Positions 27,056-36,889 are shown, counted from the first letter of the stretch. The stretch is 63,748 nt of DNA from Minisyncoccota bacterium (GCA_041665205.1 JBAYJI010000001.1:1-63748), one strand, 5' to 3'. Made by a program: numbers and translations. Notes: generated from the letters alone by a model not told the origin.

Positions 27056-28315
27056 ATGGGTACGACACCTACCGGCATGTACGGGCTTCCGACTGATGTG
27101 AAGTTTTGCAAGAAGTGCGTTATTTCAAACCAAGCGCCGACATCGGCAGTGGAGTTTACGCATACGGCAAAGACGCTGAAGAATACACTCCCGTTCAACG
27201 AGGAGGGTATTTGCGATCCGTGCCGTGCGGCAGCGGCGAAACGCGACGCCATCGATTGGGGAAAACGCGAAGACGAGCTCAAGGCGCTCTGCGACAAACA
27301 TCGGAGCTCGGACGGCTCCTATGATTGCTTGGTGCCGGGCTCTGGCGGCAAGGATAGCTTCATGGCCGCGCACTTGTTGAAATATAAGTATGGAATGCAT
27401 CCTTTGACCTGCACCTGGGCGCCCGCAATCTATACGCCCTGGGGACTTCGGAATCTCCAGCGTTGGATTCATGCAGGTTTTGATAATTACCTTGCGACCC
27501 CGAACGGTCGGACGCATCGTCTCCTGGCTCGTCTTTCACTCGAGAATATCTTCCATCCTTTTCAGCCGTTCATTATCGGTCAGAAAGGCCTGGCACCTAA
27601 GATTGCGCAGCGCTTCAATATCCCACTCGTATTTTACGGCGAAAGCGAAGCTGAGTATGCAAGTCCGATTGCTGACGGCTCGAGTGCGCAGCGCGACTGG
27701 AAGTATTTCACCACGCACGACGAGTCGGAGATCCATCTTGGCGGCGTGTCGCTCAAAGAGCTTAAGGAGAAATATGGTGTCGAGCGGGGAGAGCTTGCGA
27801 TGTACCTCCCCACCGATCCAGAGCAAGTGAAAGAGGCTGGTATTGAAGTGCACTATCTGGGTTACTACCATAAATGGCATCCGCAGGGTGCCTACTACTA
27901 CGCCGTGGAGCATGGCGGCTTCGAGGCGAGCCCCGAGCGTACGCCCGGTACCTACAGCAAATACATCTCGATAGACGACAAGATCGATGATCTCCACTAC
28001 TGGACAACATTCATCAAGTTCGGGTTCGGACGCGCGACCTATGATGCGTCGCAAGAAATCCGCAATGGCGAAATCACGCGCGAGGAAGGCGTAGCGCTGG
28101 TGAAGCGTTTCGATGGCGAATTCCCCGAACGCTTTATCGACGAGCTTCTCGGTTATCTCTCGATCACAGAGAAAGAGTTCCCGAAAGCGTTCAAGGAGTT
28201 CGAACATCCGGCCATGGACCGCGAGTACTTTATGCAGCTTGCTGACAAATTCCGCGCACCGCACCTGTGGAAGAAGGAGGACGGCGAATGGAAACTTCGT
28301 CATCACGTATACTGA
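27056..28315 (+). CDS. N-acetyl sugar amidotransferase (PP-loop ATP pyrophosphatase; WbpG/PseA/WbuX family)
   Basis: N-terminal Cys motifs CKKCVISN...CDPC and PP-loop LVPGSGGKDSFMAA. Immediately follows the hisF/hisH paralogs. Confidence 0.8.
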   Translation: MGTTPTGMYGLPTDVKFCKKCVISNQAPTSAVEFTHTAKTLKNTLPFNEEGICDPCRAAAAKRDAIDWGKREDELKALCDKHRSSDGSYDCLVPGSGGKDSFMAAHLLKYKYGMHPLTCTWAPAIYTPWGLRNLQRWIHAGFDNYLATPNGRTHRLLARLSLENIFHPFQPFIIGQKGLAPKIAQRFNIPLVFYGESEAEYASPIADGSSAQRDWKYFTTHDESEIHLGGVSLKELKEKYGVERGELAMYLPTDPEQVKEAGIEVHYLGYYHKWHPQGAYYYAVEHGGFEASPERTPGTYSKYISIDDKIDDLHYWTTFIKFGFGRATYDASQEIRNGEITREEGVALVKRFDGEFPERFIDELLGYLSITEKEFPKAFKEFEHPAMDREYFMQLADKFRAPHLWKKEDGEWKLRHHVY

Positions 28316-28845
28316 TGCGAACGTTTATCGGCGAGCGGGTATATGTGCGACCGATGTCCGAGACGGATGCCACGTCGGTCTATGCCGCGTGGCTCAACGA
28401 TTCTGAGGTTAATAAATATCTGGCGACTAAGAGTACGACCGTGGAAGAGTTGAAGCGGTACATCGCTACAAAAAATGGCCAGTCCGATACGCTGCTGTTC
28501 GGTATGTTCCTCAAAGAGGACAATCGGCACATTGGTACCATTAAGCTTGAGCCTATAGATATTGCAAATAAACGAGCGACTATCGCGATTATGCTCGGCG
28601 ACAAAAGAGAATGGGGCAAGGGCTATGGTCCCGAATCCATGCGGCTGCTCATAACGCACTGCTTCAACGAACTCGGGCTCGAGGAAGTAAATCTCGGAGT
28701 TCTCGCACAGAATGTCTCTGCGATTAAGTCCTACGAGAAAATCGGATTTAAAGAGGTAAAAAGGGAAGCGGGCGCGATTACCTATCCTAATGGAATCTTT
28801 GACCAAGTGACCATGACACTCCATACTGATTCTTATGTCAGCTAA
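28315..28845 (+). CDS. GNAT-family N-acetyltransferase (RimJ/RimL/PseH-like)
   Basis: MRTFIGERVYVRPMSETDA..., WGKGYGPESMRLLITHCF, YEKIGFKEV. TGATG junction at 28313-28317. Alternative start 28288. Confidence 0.75.
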   Translation: MRTFIGERVYVRPMSETDATSVYAAWLNDSEVNKYLATKSTTVEELKRYIATKNGQSDTLLFGMFLKEDNRHIGTIKLEPIDIANKRATIAIMLGDKREWGKGYGPESMRLLITHCFNELGLEEVNLGVLAQNVSAIKSYEKIGFKEVKREAGAITYPNGIFDQVTMTLHTDSYVS

Positions 28846-30151
28846 AAAGACCGGGCAGAAGCTTTGGGAAAAGGCAAAGACGCTCATTCCTGGCGGCAGC
28901 CAGCTCTTGTCGAAGCGTGCGGAGCTATTTGCGCCCGATCAGTGGCCGGCCTACTATTCACGAGCAGAGGGAGCGTACGTGTGGGATCTAGACGGCACAA
29001 GATATCTCGACATGCTCAACATGGGTATCGGGAGCTGCGTGCTAGGCTACGCTGATAAGGACGTTAATGACGCGGTTATAGGTGCGGTTAATCGGGGCGC
29101 CATGTCCACACTTAATTGTCCGCAAGAGGTCGAACTTGCCGAGCTCCTGCTCCTGCTCCATCCGTGGGCTAGTATGGTGCGCTATGCGCGTACCGGTGGC
29201 GAGTCTATGGCGATTGCATCACGCATTGCACGCGCATATACCGGACGTGACACGATTGCATTCTGCGGCTACCACGGCTGGGCCGACTGGTATCTCGCGA
29301 CCAATCTGCAGACGAAAGATGCACTTGCTGATCACCTGCTTGCAGGTCTCGAACCACGCGGTGTGCCGAAAGGTCTTGCGGGTACCGTGCTCCCCTTCCA
29401 TTACAACAAGATTGAGGAGCTCGAGGCAATCGTTGCCAAGAATCCGGATCTCGCAGCGATCATCATGGAACCTATGCATGGCGAATATCCCAGAGACGGC
29501 TTTTTGGAGAAGGTACGGGAGATCGCGACACGCACTGGTGCAGTGCTTGTTTTCGATGAGATTACGATAGGATTTCGTCTTGCGATCGGTGGTGCGCATC
29601 TCACTCTCGGGGTCGAGCCCGACCTGGCCATATTTGGTAAAGGAATGAGCAATGGCTATGCGATGGCAGCCATCATCGGCAAACATGATGTCATGCAGGC
29701 GGTGCAGGACACTTTCATATCGAGTACCTACTGGACCGAGGCGATAGGGCCGACCGCAACACTCGCCGCTATTGCGAAGATGCAGCGACTGAATCTGCCC
29801 GAGCATCTTTCAGCAATCGGCAGCAAGGTTAAAGACATCTGGAATACGACGGCCGCACGCCATTCTCTCACGACAACATCGAGCGAAGTGCTCCCGATCC
29901 TATTCTTCTCATTCAAAGACGGAGATAGTGCGGTGATGAAGACACTGTTCGTGCAGGAGATGCTGAAGCGCGGGATTCTCGCGACAACGCAGTTCTACGC
30001 CTCTTATGCGCATACGGATGAGCACATTGCAGAGTACTCGCGGGCGCTCGATGAGGTGTTCGCCCTGATGGGGAAGGCAGTGAAAGCAGGGAATGCAAAA
30101 GACTTGCTTGAAGGGCCTGTCGCGCACACCGGCTTCCAGCGGCTTAATTAA
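28835..30151 (+). CDS. Class III PLP aminotransferase (glutamate-1-semialdehyde aminomutase-like)
   Basis: VFDEITIGFRLAIGGAH...DLAIFGKGMSNGYAMAAIIG (PLP-Lys in FGKG). 11-nt overlap with the GNAT gene. Confidence 0.8.
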   Translation: MSAKKTGQKLWEKAKTLIPGGSQLLSKRAELFAPDQWPAYYSRAEGAYVWDLDGTRYLDMLNMGIGSCVLGYADKDVNDAVIGAVNRGAMSTLNCPQEVELAELLLLLHPWASMVRYARTGGESMAIASRIARAYTGRDTIAFCGYHGWADWYLATNLQTKDALADHLLAGLEPRGVPKGLAGTVLPFHYNKIEELEAIVAKNPDLAAIIMEPMHGEYPRDGFLEKVREIATRTGAVLVFDEITIGFRLAIGGAHLTLGVEPDLAIFGKGMSNGYAMAAIIGKHDVMQAVQDTFISSTYWTEAIGPTATLAAIAKMQRLNLPEHLSAIGSKVKDIWNTTAARHSLTTTSSEVLPILFFSFKDGDSAVMKTLFVQEMLKRGILATTQFYASYAHTDEHIAEYSRALDEVFALMGKAVKAGNAKDLLEGPVAHTGFQRLN

Positions 30152-30872
30152 GGAAATTCTGTATCCGCTCCGCGATTGTCTCGCGGTTCTGATAGAGCAT
30201 TTCGCCGGTCACGAAATCTTGCGGATCATCAAGATCGACCGCGCGCCAGCGTTCAATCTCGTAGCCGACGAGCTTGCCGCCGAGGAGCGAACGCTCGCGG
30301 CGAAGGACGGCCGTCTTGATGAGATATATCATGCAACCGTCGAGTTTGTAGGCTTTCGGCAGCTGCTGACGATTTGTACTTACGGCATAGCCGTCGTAGA
30401 GCGTCCCGAGTGCATCGGTGGTGTCCTTGGTGTACAAACCATTCTCCGTGCGGCAGACACTAACCAGTGAGTCGCCGTCGCGTTCTTCAAGGAGTCGGAT
30501 CGCCTTCTCGATATCATCTGATTCACGCAAGGGCGAAGTCGTCTGGAGGAGGAGGAGACGGGAAGGCTCGTACCCCTCCGTGTCGCGCAGATGATCGAGC
30601 ATGTGGATGATGGCGTCTATGACCGGACTCTTGTCTCCGGCCATCTCGGGCGGGCGCATGACCGGCACTTCCGCACCATACTCGCGTGCGACGGCAGCGA
30701 TCTCTGCATCATCAGTCGATACGACGACACGATTCACGCTCGGTGCACCTTTAGCCGCTGCAATCGAGTAGGCGATAAGCGGTTTGCCGCAGAAAGGGCG
30801 GATATTCTTTTTCGGTATGCCTTTTGAGCCGCCACGGGCTGGCACGAGGGCGAGTATGTTTCGGTCGCTCAT
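30144..30872 (-). CDS. neuA: Acylneuraminate/nonulosonate cytidylyltransferase (NeuA/LegF/PseF-like)
   Basis: ILALVPARGGSKGIPKKNIRPFCGKPLIAYSI signature. Its stop overlaps the stop of the convergent aminotransferase inside TTAATTAA (30144-30151). Confidence 0.85.
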   Translation of the reverse strand: MSDRNILALVPARGGSKGIPKKNIRPFCGKPLIAYSIAAAKGAPSVNRVVVSTDDAEIAAVAREYGAEVPVMRPPEMAGDKSPVIDAIIHMLDHLRDTEGYEPSRLLLLQTTSPLRESDDIEKAIRLLEERDGDSLVSVCRTENGLYTKDTTDALGTLYDGYAVSTNRQQLPKAYKLDGCMIYLIKTAVLRRERSLLGGKLVGYEIERWRAVDLDDPQDFVTGEMLYQNRETIAERIQNFLN

Positions 30873-30893
30873 TGTGATATTATTGTGCCACGT

Positions 30894-31637
30894 ATGTCTC
30901 TAGCGAACAAGACAGTCATGGTGCTCGGCGGCGGCGGACTCCTCGGGAGCGAGATTGTTCGTGCCTGTGTGTCAGAGGGCGCGCGAGTTGTGGCGGCGGA
31001 TATCGCCGAGCCGAGGGTTCTCCCAGAAGGCGCGGTTTTTTTCGCTTGTGACGCAACGAAAGAAGACGAGGTGAACACTCTTGCAGAGAAGATGCGTCGG
31101 GACTTCGGGCGCGTGGATGCGGTCATCAATGCGACATATCCGAAGACCAAAAACTACGGCAAAAAGTTCGAGGATGCAGATATCGATGAGATGCTTGAGA
31201 ATGCGACATTGCATATGAAGACCTGCATGACAGTTGTGCGCGGGTTCCTCCCGCTCTTTAAAGAGCAGAAGAGCGGGTCGGTTATATTTTTCGGTTCAAT
31301 CTACGGTGTTGCTGCGCCGCGCTTTGAAATATATGAGGGGACGAATATGACTGTCCCGGCAGAATATGCTGCGGCGAAAGGCGGCACACTTTCTCTTATG
31401 CGTTATTTTGCCGCATTGCTTGGGTCGTGTAATGTCCGAGTGAATGCAATTTCCCCCGGTGGTATTGCTGACAATCAGTCACAATCATTTATCGACGCAT
31501 ACAGCAAACATCTTCTCGTGGGGGAAGGGTTACTTCGCCCCGAAGACGTCAGCGGAGCAGCTGTGTTTCTCGCGTCAGACGCGTCGAAGATGATGACTGG
31601 TCAGAATCTCATCATAGACGGCGGCTGGACGCTGTAA
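30894..31637 (+). CDS. Short-chain dehydrogenase/reductase (PtmA-like oxidoreductase)
   Basis: VMVLGGGGLLGSEIV Rossmann, catalytic Y-x3-K in AEYAAAKGG. The ORF track starts at GTG 30885; ATG 30894 is preferred. Confidence 0.8.
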   Translation: MSLANKTVMVLGGGGLLGSEIVRACVSEGARVVAADIAEPRVLPEGAVFFACDATKEDEVNTLAEKMRRDFGRVDAVINATYPKTKNYGKKFEDADIDEMLENATLHMKTCMTVVRGFLPLFKEQKSGSVIFFGSIYGVAAPRFEIYEGTNMTVPAEYAAAKGGTLSLMRYFAALLGSCNVRVNAISPGGIADNQSQSFIDAYSKHLLVGEGLLRPEDVSGAAVFLASDASKMMTGQNLIIDGGWTL

Positions 31638-31640
31638 TCC

Positions 31641-32687
31641 ATGGAGATACAGATTGGAAATATGAGGCTCGGAGAAGGCGCACCCGTCTTCGTTATAGCT
31701 GAAGCAGGAGTCAATCATAATGGCGATAGTGCGCTCGCGAAGAAGCTCATTGACGCGGCTGCAGCGGCAGGCGCCGATGCAATCAAGTTCCAGACATTTA
31801 CGCCCGAGGAGCTCGTGAGCGAAGCTGCCCCGCAAGCGGCATATCAGACGGCAAACACCGGCAAGGAAGAGAGTCAGATCTCGATGTTGCGCGACCTCGT
31901 GCTCCCGTATGGAGATCATCAGGCGCTGAAATCTTATGCAGAAGGGAAGGGATTGGTCTTCCTTTCGACACCATTCAGCATTCCCGATGCTGACTTTTTA
32001 GAGACGCTCGGCATGGCAGCGTACAAGATCCCGTCAGGCGAGCTGACCAATATCCCTTTTTTGGCGCACATCGCAAGAAAAGGGAAGCCCATTATTCTCT
32101 CAACCGGGATGGCGACACTCGAAGAGGTTCGTGAAGCACTTGATACGCTGGCCGGAAACGGCGCGACCGAGATTGCACTCTTCCACTGCACCACCGAATA
32201 CCCTACACCGCCTGCCGATATCAATCTGCGAGCGATGCAAAAGCTCGCGCAAGAATTCGGCTTGCCGACCGGGCTCTCGGATCACAGTGAGGGTATCAGT
32301 GTTCCGGTTGCCGCAGTGGCACTCGGGGCACAATTAATAGAAAAGCATTTTACCCTCGACCGCACATTGCCCGGTCCTGACCACAAGGCATCACTCGAAC
32401 CAGATGAGTTAAAGAAGATGATAGGAGACATCCGGATCATCGAGCGCGCGCTCGGTTCGTCTGAAAAAAAACCGGTTGCAGGGGAATTGGAGACAGCGCG
32501 TGTTGTCCGGAAAAGTGTCGTCGCTCGGCGCGATATTCTAATAGGCACCCGCATCACTGCCGAGGACATCTACATCGTTCGTCCCGGTACCGGCATTCCA
32601 CCCAAACATTTTGATGAGATTCTTGGCAAAACCGCACGAGAAACTATTTCGCAGGCGACGCCGTTAGAGTGGAATATGCTCTCCTAA
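31641..32687 (+). CDS. neuB: Nonulosonic acid synthase (NeuB/LegI/PseI family) with C-terminal SAF domain
   Basis: APVFVIAEAGVNHNGD, DAIKFQTF, YKIPSGELTN, LSDHSEG, EKHFTLD. C-terminal SAF-like RKSVVARRDILIGTRIT. Confidence 0.9.
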   Translation: MEIQIGNMRLGEGAPVFVIAEAGVNHNGDSALAKKLIDAAAAAGADAIKFQTFTPEELVSEAAPQAAYQTANTGKEESQISMLRDLVLPYGDHQALKSYAEGKGLVFLSTPFSIPDADFLETLGMAAYKIPSGELTNIPFLAHIARKGKPIILSTGMATLEEVREALDTLAGNGATEIALFHCTTEYPTPPADINLRAMQKLAQEFGLPTGLSDHSEGISVPVAAVALGAQLIEKHFTLDRTLPGPDHKASLEPDELKKMIGDIRIIERALGSSEKKPVAGELETARVVRKSVVARRDILIGTRITAEDIYIVRPGTGIPPKHFDEILGKTARETISQATPLEWNMLS

Positions 32688-32691
32688 CGAC

Positions 32692-33846
32692 ATGAAGCGC
32701 AAAAACATCCTCATCGTCACGGGTACACGGGCAGAGTACGGTCTCCTGCGCTCGACCATGAAGGCTATCCGCGCGCAGGGCGGATTAGCACTTTCCGTCC
32801 TCGTGACCGGCATGCATTTGTCGGGCACATTTGGTAGGACCGTTACGGAGATTGAAAAGGACGACTTTCCCATCGCCGCCAAAGTAAAGATGACTCCCGG
32901 AGAGGACTCTTCCGCAGCGATGGCTGCATCTGTCGGAATAGGAATTCAAGGCATGGTACGGGCATTCAAAAAGATCCGTCCTGATGTCGTGCTGGTGCTT
33001 GGCGACCGAGTGGAAGCGCTGGCTGCAGCGGTCGCGGCTGCGTATATGAATATCGTTGTTGCGCATGTTCATGGTGGTGACAAAACACAAGCAGGACTCG
33101 ATGAGAGCGCTCGGCATGCCATTACGAAGCTGGCTCACGTACATTTTCCCGCGACCAAAAAAAGCGCCGAACGCATCAAGCGCCTCGGCGAGAAGGGGAA
33201 TATGATTCATGTCGTCGGCGCTCCTGGGCTCGACGCTATCGTGTACGGTGACATGACGTCGGAGGATCAGCTCTCCGCGAAGTTTAATCTGGATATTTCT
33301 CGGCCGTTCGTTCTGTTGGTTCAGCACTCCGTGAGTACTGATCCAAAAAGCGCGAAGCAACAGATGATTGAGACACTCCGCGCGCTTGTACGCGTGAAAA
33401 TCCCCGTTATCGTGGTTTATCCGAATGCTGATGCCGGCGGCAGAGCAATGATTACGGTCGTAAAGGAATACGAACGAAAACACACTTTTATCCAGGCGTA
33501 TCAGAACATCAGTAGGAGCGACTATCTCGGACTGCTGCGCACTGCAGCCGTGCTCGTCGGCAACTCTTCAAGCGGCATCGTAGAGGCGGCATTCTTCCGC
33601 GTGCCGGTTGTTAACATCGGTCAGCGCCAAGCGGGAAGGGAACGTGCTGCAAACGTGCTTGATACGCATCCCGATGCTCGTGCGATAGAGCAGACGTTGC
33701 GGAAGGCGCTCTCGGAGCAGTTTCGCGCTGGTCTTCACACATTGAAGAATCCGTATGGGAATGGGAGAGCGGGCGAGAAGATCGCCGGTGTGCTTGCAGG
33801 TTTGCACATCGATCAGGCGCTCCTGCAGAAGCAGATTACCTATTGA
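32692..33846 (+). CDS. neuC: Hydrolysing UDP/GDP-N-acetylhexosamine 2-epimerase (NeuC/LegG family)
   Basis: ILIVTGTRAEYGLL, VLVLGDRVEALAAA, AHVHGGD, SSSGIVEAAFFRVPVVNIGQRQ. Confidence 0.85.
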   Translation: MKRKNILIVTGTRAEYGLLRSTMKAIRAQGGLALSVLVTGMHLSGTFGRTVTEIEKDDFPIAAKVKMTPGEDSSAAMAASVGIGIQGMVRAFKKIRPDVVLVLGDRVEALAAAVAAAYMNIVVAHVHGGDKTQAGLDESARHAITKLAHVHFPATKKSAERIKRLGEKGNMIHVVGAPGLDAIVYGDMTSEDQLSAKFNLDISRPFVLLVQHSVSTDPKSAKQQMIETLRALVRVKIPVIVVYPNADAGGRAMITVVKEYERKHTFIQAYQNISRSDYLGLLRTAAVLVGNSSSGIVEAAFFRVPVVNIGQRQAGRERAANVLDTHPDARAIEQTLRKALSEQFRAGLHTLKNPYGNGRAGEKIAGVLAGLHIDQALLQKQITY

Positions 33847-33856
33847 TCTGGAACAC

Positions 33857-34627
33857 ATGACCACGCCGATGAACATCGTATGGGTTTCAGCAAACACCTT
33901 CGGACTTGAACTGCTCAAGACCGCCGCTGCGCTCTCTGACGTATCGATACAGGCCGTCATAACGCTCTCGGAGGTAGCAACAACGCGGATGTATGATGGC
34001 GTGCCCGCAAGGGCGTGGGAAGACGTCGGTATCCCGGTCGTGCGCACCGAACGTCTCGATGAAGATCTCGATGTCGTGCGGAGGCTCGCACCGAGTCTTC
34101 TTATTGTGGCTGGGTGGCGGCAGGTGCTTTCGGAGGGTCTCCTTACACTTCCGTCTGCCGGTGTCGTCGGGTTTCATCCGACCCTGCTTCCTCACGGGCG
34201 CGGGTCGGCACCAATCATCCATAGCATTCTTGAGGGCCCACATGAGTCGGGTGTCACGTTGTTCTACCTTAACCAAGGGGTCGATACTGGTGATATCATC
34301 GGACAAGAGCCTTTCTGTATCGAGGAGAGTGATTATGCGAGTGATGTCTACACGAAAGTTATCGGAGCCGGAAGGGTTCTCGTTGAGAAGTATGTGCCAC
34401 TTCTCGCTCAAGGACGTGCACCGCGCGTGCCGCAGGACGTTGCACACGCGACCGTGTATCCGCGGCGGGGGCTGCGGGACAACGAGCTTCTGCCGGAAGA
34501 TTCATGGGAGACGAAGCGCCGTAAGGTGCGCGCATTGGCTCCCCCGTATGATGGAGCTTTTCTCTTACGGGACGGACAGAAAGTCATTATTAGGACAATA
34601 GAAGAGTTAGAAGAAACCTATGCATAA
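33857..34627 (+). CDS. Formyltransferase (Fmt/ArnA N-terminal-domain family)
   Basis: LLIVAGWRQVL...GVVGFHPTLLPHGRGSAPIIHSILEG (HxSLLPxxRG motif). Start ATG 33857. Confidence 0.8.
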   Translation: MTTPMNIVWVSANTFGLELLKTAAALSDVSIQAVITLSEVATTRMYDGVPARAWEDVGIPVVRTERLDEDLDVVRRLAPSLLIVAGWRQVLSEGLLTLPSAGVVGFHPTLLPHGRGSAPIIHSILEGPHESGVTLFYLNQGVDTGDIIGQEPFCIEESDYASDVYTKVIGAGRVLVEKYVPLLAQGRAPRVPQDVAHATVYPRRGLRDNELLPEDSWETKRRKVRALAPPYDGAFLLRDGQKVIIRTIEELEETYA

Positions 34628-35273
34628 CATCCTTGTGATAGCTCCGCATCCGGACGACGAAGTGCTCGGATGCGCCGGTACCATACGCAAATACGCTAAT
34701 AAAGGTGCTTCGGTGCATGTGTGCATAGTTACGAAGGCTTATGAACCGGAGTGGTCGGCAGAATTTATACGCAACCGCCCTAACGAGGTGCGCCGCGTTG
34801 CAGATATTCTTGGGTCGGCGGGAGTGTCTTTCCTTGACTTCCCGACGGTAGAACTGGACACGGTTCCCCAAAGAGATATCAGCAAGGCCATCTTGGCTGT
34901 CATTCAGGAAATAAAGCCGGACAAGCTTTACATTCCGCACCACGGCGATCTCAACCGAGATCATCAGCTGGTCCATGAGGCTGCGCTCGTCGCGGCTCGT
35001 CCAACTCTGGAATGGAGTGTTGCCCGCGTGCTCGCGTACGAAACGCCTTCGGAAACAGAGTGGGGTGTAGCGCCCTTTTTACCAAACACGTATGAAGATA
35101 TCACCGAGACCCTTCAGAAGAAACTTGAAGCGATGCAGGTTTATGCAAGCGAAGTGAGGTCCTTTCCGCATCTGCGATCTCTGAAGTCCCTAGAGGCGCT
35201 TGCAATAAAACGCGGTTCGGAAATATGTCGCGGTGCTGCGGAAGCTTTTATGCTTCTTCGCTCGATTCAATGA
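34620..35273 (+). CDS. PIG-L/LmbE-family N-deacetylase
   Basis: ILVIAPHPDDEVLGCAGT zinc-binding motif and HHGDLNRDH. 8-nt overlap with the formyltransferase. Confidence 0.85.
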   Translation: MHNILVIAPHPDDEVLGCAGTIRKYANKGASVHVCIVTKAYEPEWSAEFIRNRPNEVRRVADILGSAGVSFLDFPTVELDTVPQRDISKAILAVIQEIKPDKLYIPHHGDLNRDHQLVHEAALVAARPTLEWSVARVLAYETPSETEWGVAPFLPNTYEDITETLQKKLEAMQVYASEVRSFPHLRSLKSLEALAIKRGSEICRGAAEAFMLLRSIQ

Positions 35274-35274
35274 T

Positions 35275-35682
35275 ATGACGAATCGTTTTGATGATTGGGT
35301 GCCGCCAGAAATGAAACACGGTGAGATGACGAAGTGGCTTTGGGTGGTATTTCGGCCGGAGAATCTTACTCTTGGGAGGAAGACTGACATTGGCGCATTT
35401 ACTGCCATCTTCGCGCATCATGGAGTTGAGATAGGCGACGAAGTGCAGATCGGTTCCCACTGCTCGATTTATAGCCTCAATACAGAAGACAATACGGCGG
35501 GTAAGGTGACGATTGGGAAGGGCGCGATGATCGGTACGCACAGCACCATCATGCCGGGAGTGACTGTCGGTGCGGGTGCCGTTATCGGTGCCTACAGCTT
35601 CGTAAAGAAGGATATCCCGGCTGGCGCTCTCGCTTATGGCGTACCGGCCCATGTTGTAGAAAAGAAGGGGATAAAAGGGTAA
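35275..35682 (+). CDS. Hexapeptide-repeat N-acetyltransferase (PglD/LegH/WbbJ-like)
   Basis: IGDEVQIGSHCSIYS...VTIGKGAMIGTHSTIMPGVTVGAGAVIGAYSFV. Start ATG 35275. Confidence 0.8.
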   Translation: MTNRFDDWVPPEMKHGEMTKWLWVVFRPENLTLGRKTDIGAFTAIFAHHGVEIGDEVQIGSHCSIYSLNTEDNTAGKVTIGKGAMIGTHSTIMPGVTVGAGAVIGAYSFVKKDIPAGALAYGVPAHVVEKKGIKG

Positions 35683-35728
35683 CCTTGCCCGCCCGGGGCT
35701 TGTTTACTACTATTAAGCGATAATCTTC

Positions 35729-36889
35729 ATGAAAGAGCCCCGTTCCAGCGCTCAGGCAGAATCTGCCCGAAAGCCTATCCCTGTCACCAGGCCGACGCTG
35801 GAGGATTTCGCTGCCTACGAGCCGCTGTTTAGGGAGAGTATTAAGAGCGGTATGCTTACGACCAATAAGCATGTGCAGCTCTTTGAAAAGAAAACAGCGC
35901 GCTACCTCGGAGTGAAGCACTGTGTTGCGGTCTCCTCGTGTACCTCGGGACTGATGCTAGTACTGAAAGGTCTGGGACTCACTGGCGAGGTGATTGTGCC
36001 GAGCTTCACGTTCTCGGCGACTGGTCACGTGCTCTTGTGGAATAATCTTAAGCCGGTATTTGCAGACATAGATCCGCAGACGTACACGATAGATCCGAAG
36101 TCAGTTGAGAAGCTGATTACGCCGCGCACATCGGCGATACTTGCCGTGCATGTCTTCGGTGTGATGTCTGACGTGAAGAAGTTGGAGGCTCTGGCGAAGA
36201 AATATAAACTGAAGCTCGTATTTGACGCGGCTCACGCATTCGGCTCCGACACAGGCGGTGTTCGCGCGGGGAATTTCGGCAACGCTGAAGTGTTCAGCTG
36301 CAGTCCCATAAAGGTCCTGACTGCCGGCGAAGGGGGGATTGTCGCGACCAATGATGACGAGCTTGCGGCATTCTGCCGTTTGGGCCGTAACTACGGCGAT
36401 GATGGTACGAACAATACGCTGTTTGCAGGTCTGAGCGCTCGCATGTCCGAGTTCCATGCGGCCATCGGGCTCCGATCGCTTGCGAAGCTCCCGATAAACC
36501 TGAAGAATCGGCGATTGAAAGCCCTGCAGCTCATTTCGCGACTGAAAAAGATTGAACCAAGGCTGCGGTTCCAGTTGATACCACGAAACACCAGAACGAC
36601 GTACTACGTACTTTCTGTGTTTATAGATCCGGAAATGCTCGGCTATACGCGCGATGAACTCTTTGATTTCTTCGCGGCACAGGGTATCGCGACGCGGAAA
36701 TATTTCTATCCACCGCTCCACAAACAGACCACGTACCAACATTTCGTTTCGAAACGGAAGCCGCTCCCGGTGACAGATAACGTCGCAGAGAGGGTCATAT
36801 CCTTACCGTTATATGCGCATCTGTCGGCGGAAGAAGTGGATCGCATCATTGGAACGTTTCAGGAATTTACAAGCGCGATAATTAAATAA
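35729..36889 (+). CDS. DegT/DnrJ/EryC1/StrS-family PLP sugar aminotransferase (PseC/LegC/PglE-like)
   Basis: VAVSSCTSGLMLVL, VIVPSFTFSATG, FDAAHAFG, FSCSPIKVLTAGEGG (PLP-Lys). Confidence 0.85.
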   Translation: MKEPRSSAQAESARKPIPVTRPTLEDFAAYEPLFRESIKSGMLTTNKHVQLFEKKTARYLGVKHCVAVSSCTSGLMLVLKGLGLTGEVIVPSFTFSATGHVLLWNNLKPVFADIDPQTYTIDPKSVEKLITPRTSAILAVHVFGVMSDVKKLEALAKKYKLKLVFDAAHAFGSDTGGVRAGNFGNAEVFSCSPIKVLTAGEGGIVATNDDELAAFCRLGRNYGDDGTNNTLFAGLSARMSEFHAAIGLRSLAKLPINLKNRRLKALQLISRLKKIEPRLRFQLIPRNTRTTYYVLSVFIDPEMLGYTRDELFDFFAAQGIATRKYFYPPLHKQTTYQHFVSKRKPLPVTDNVAERVISLPLYAHLSAEEVDRIIGTFQEFTSAIIK

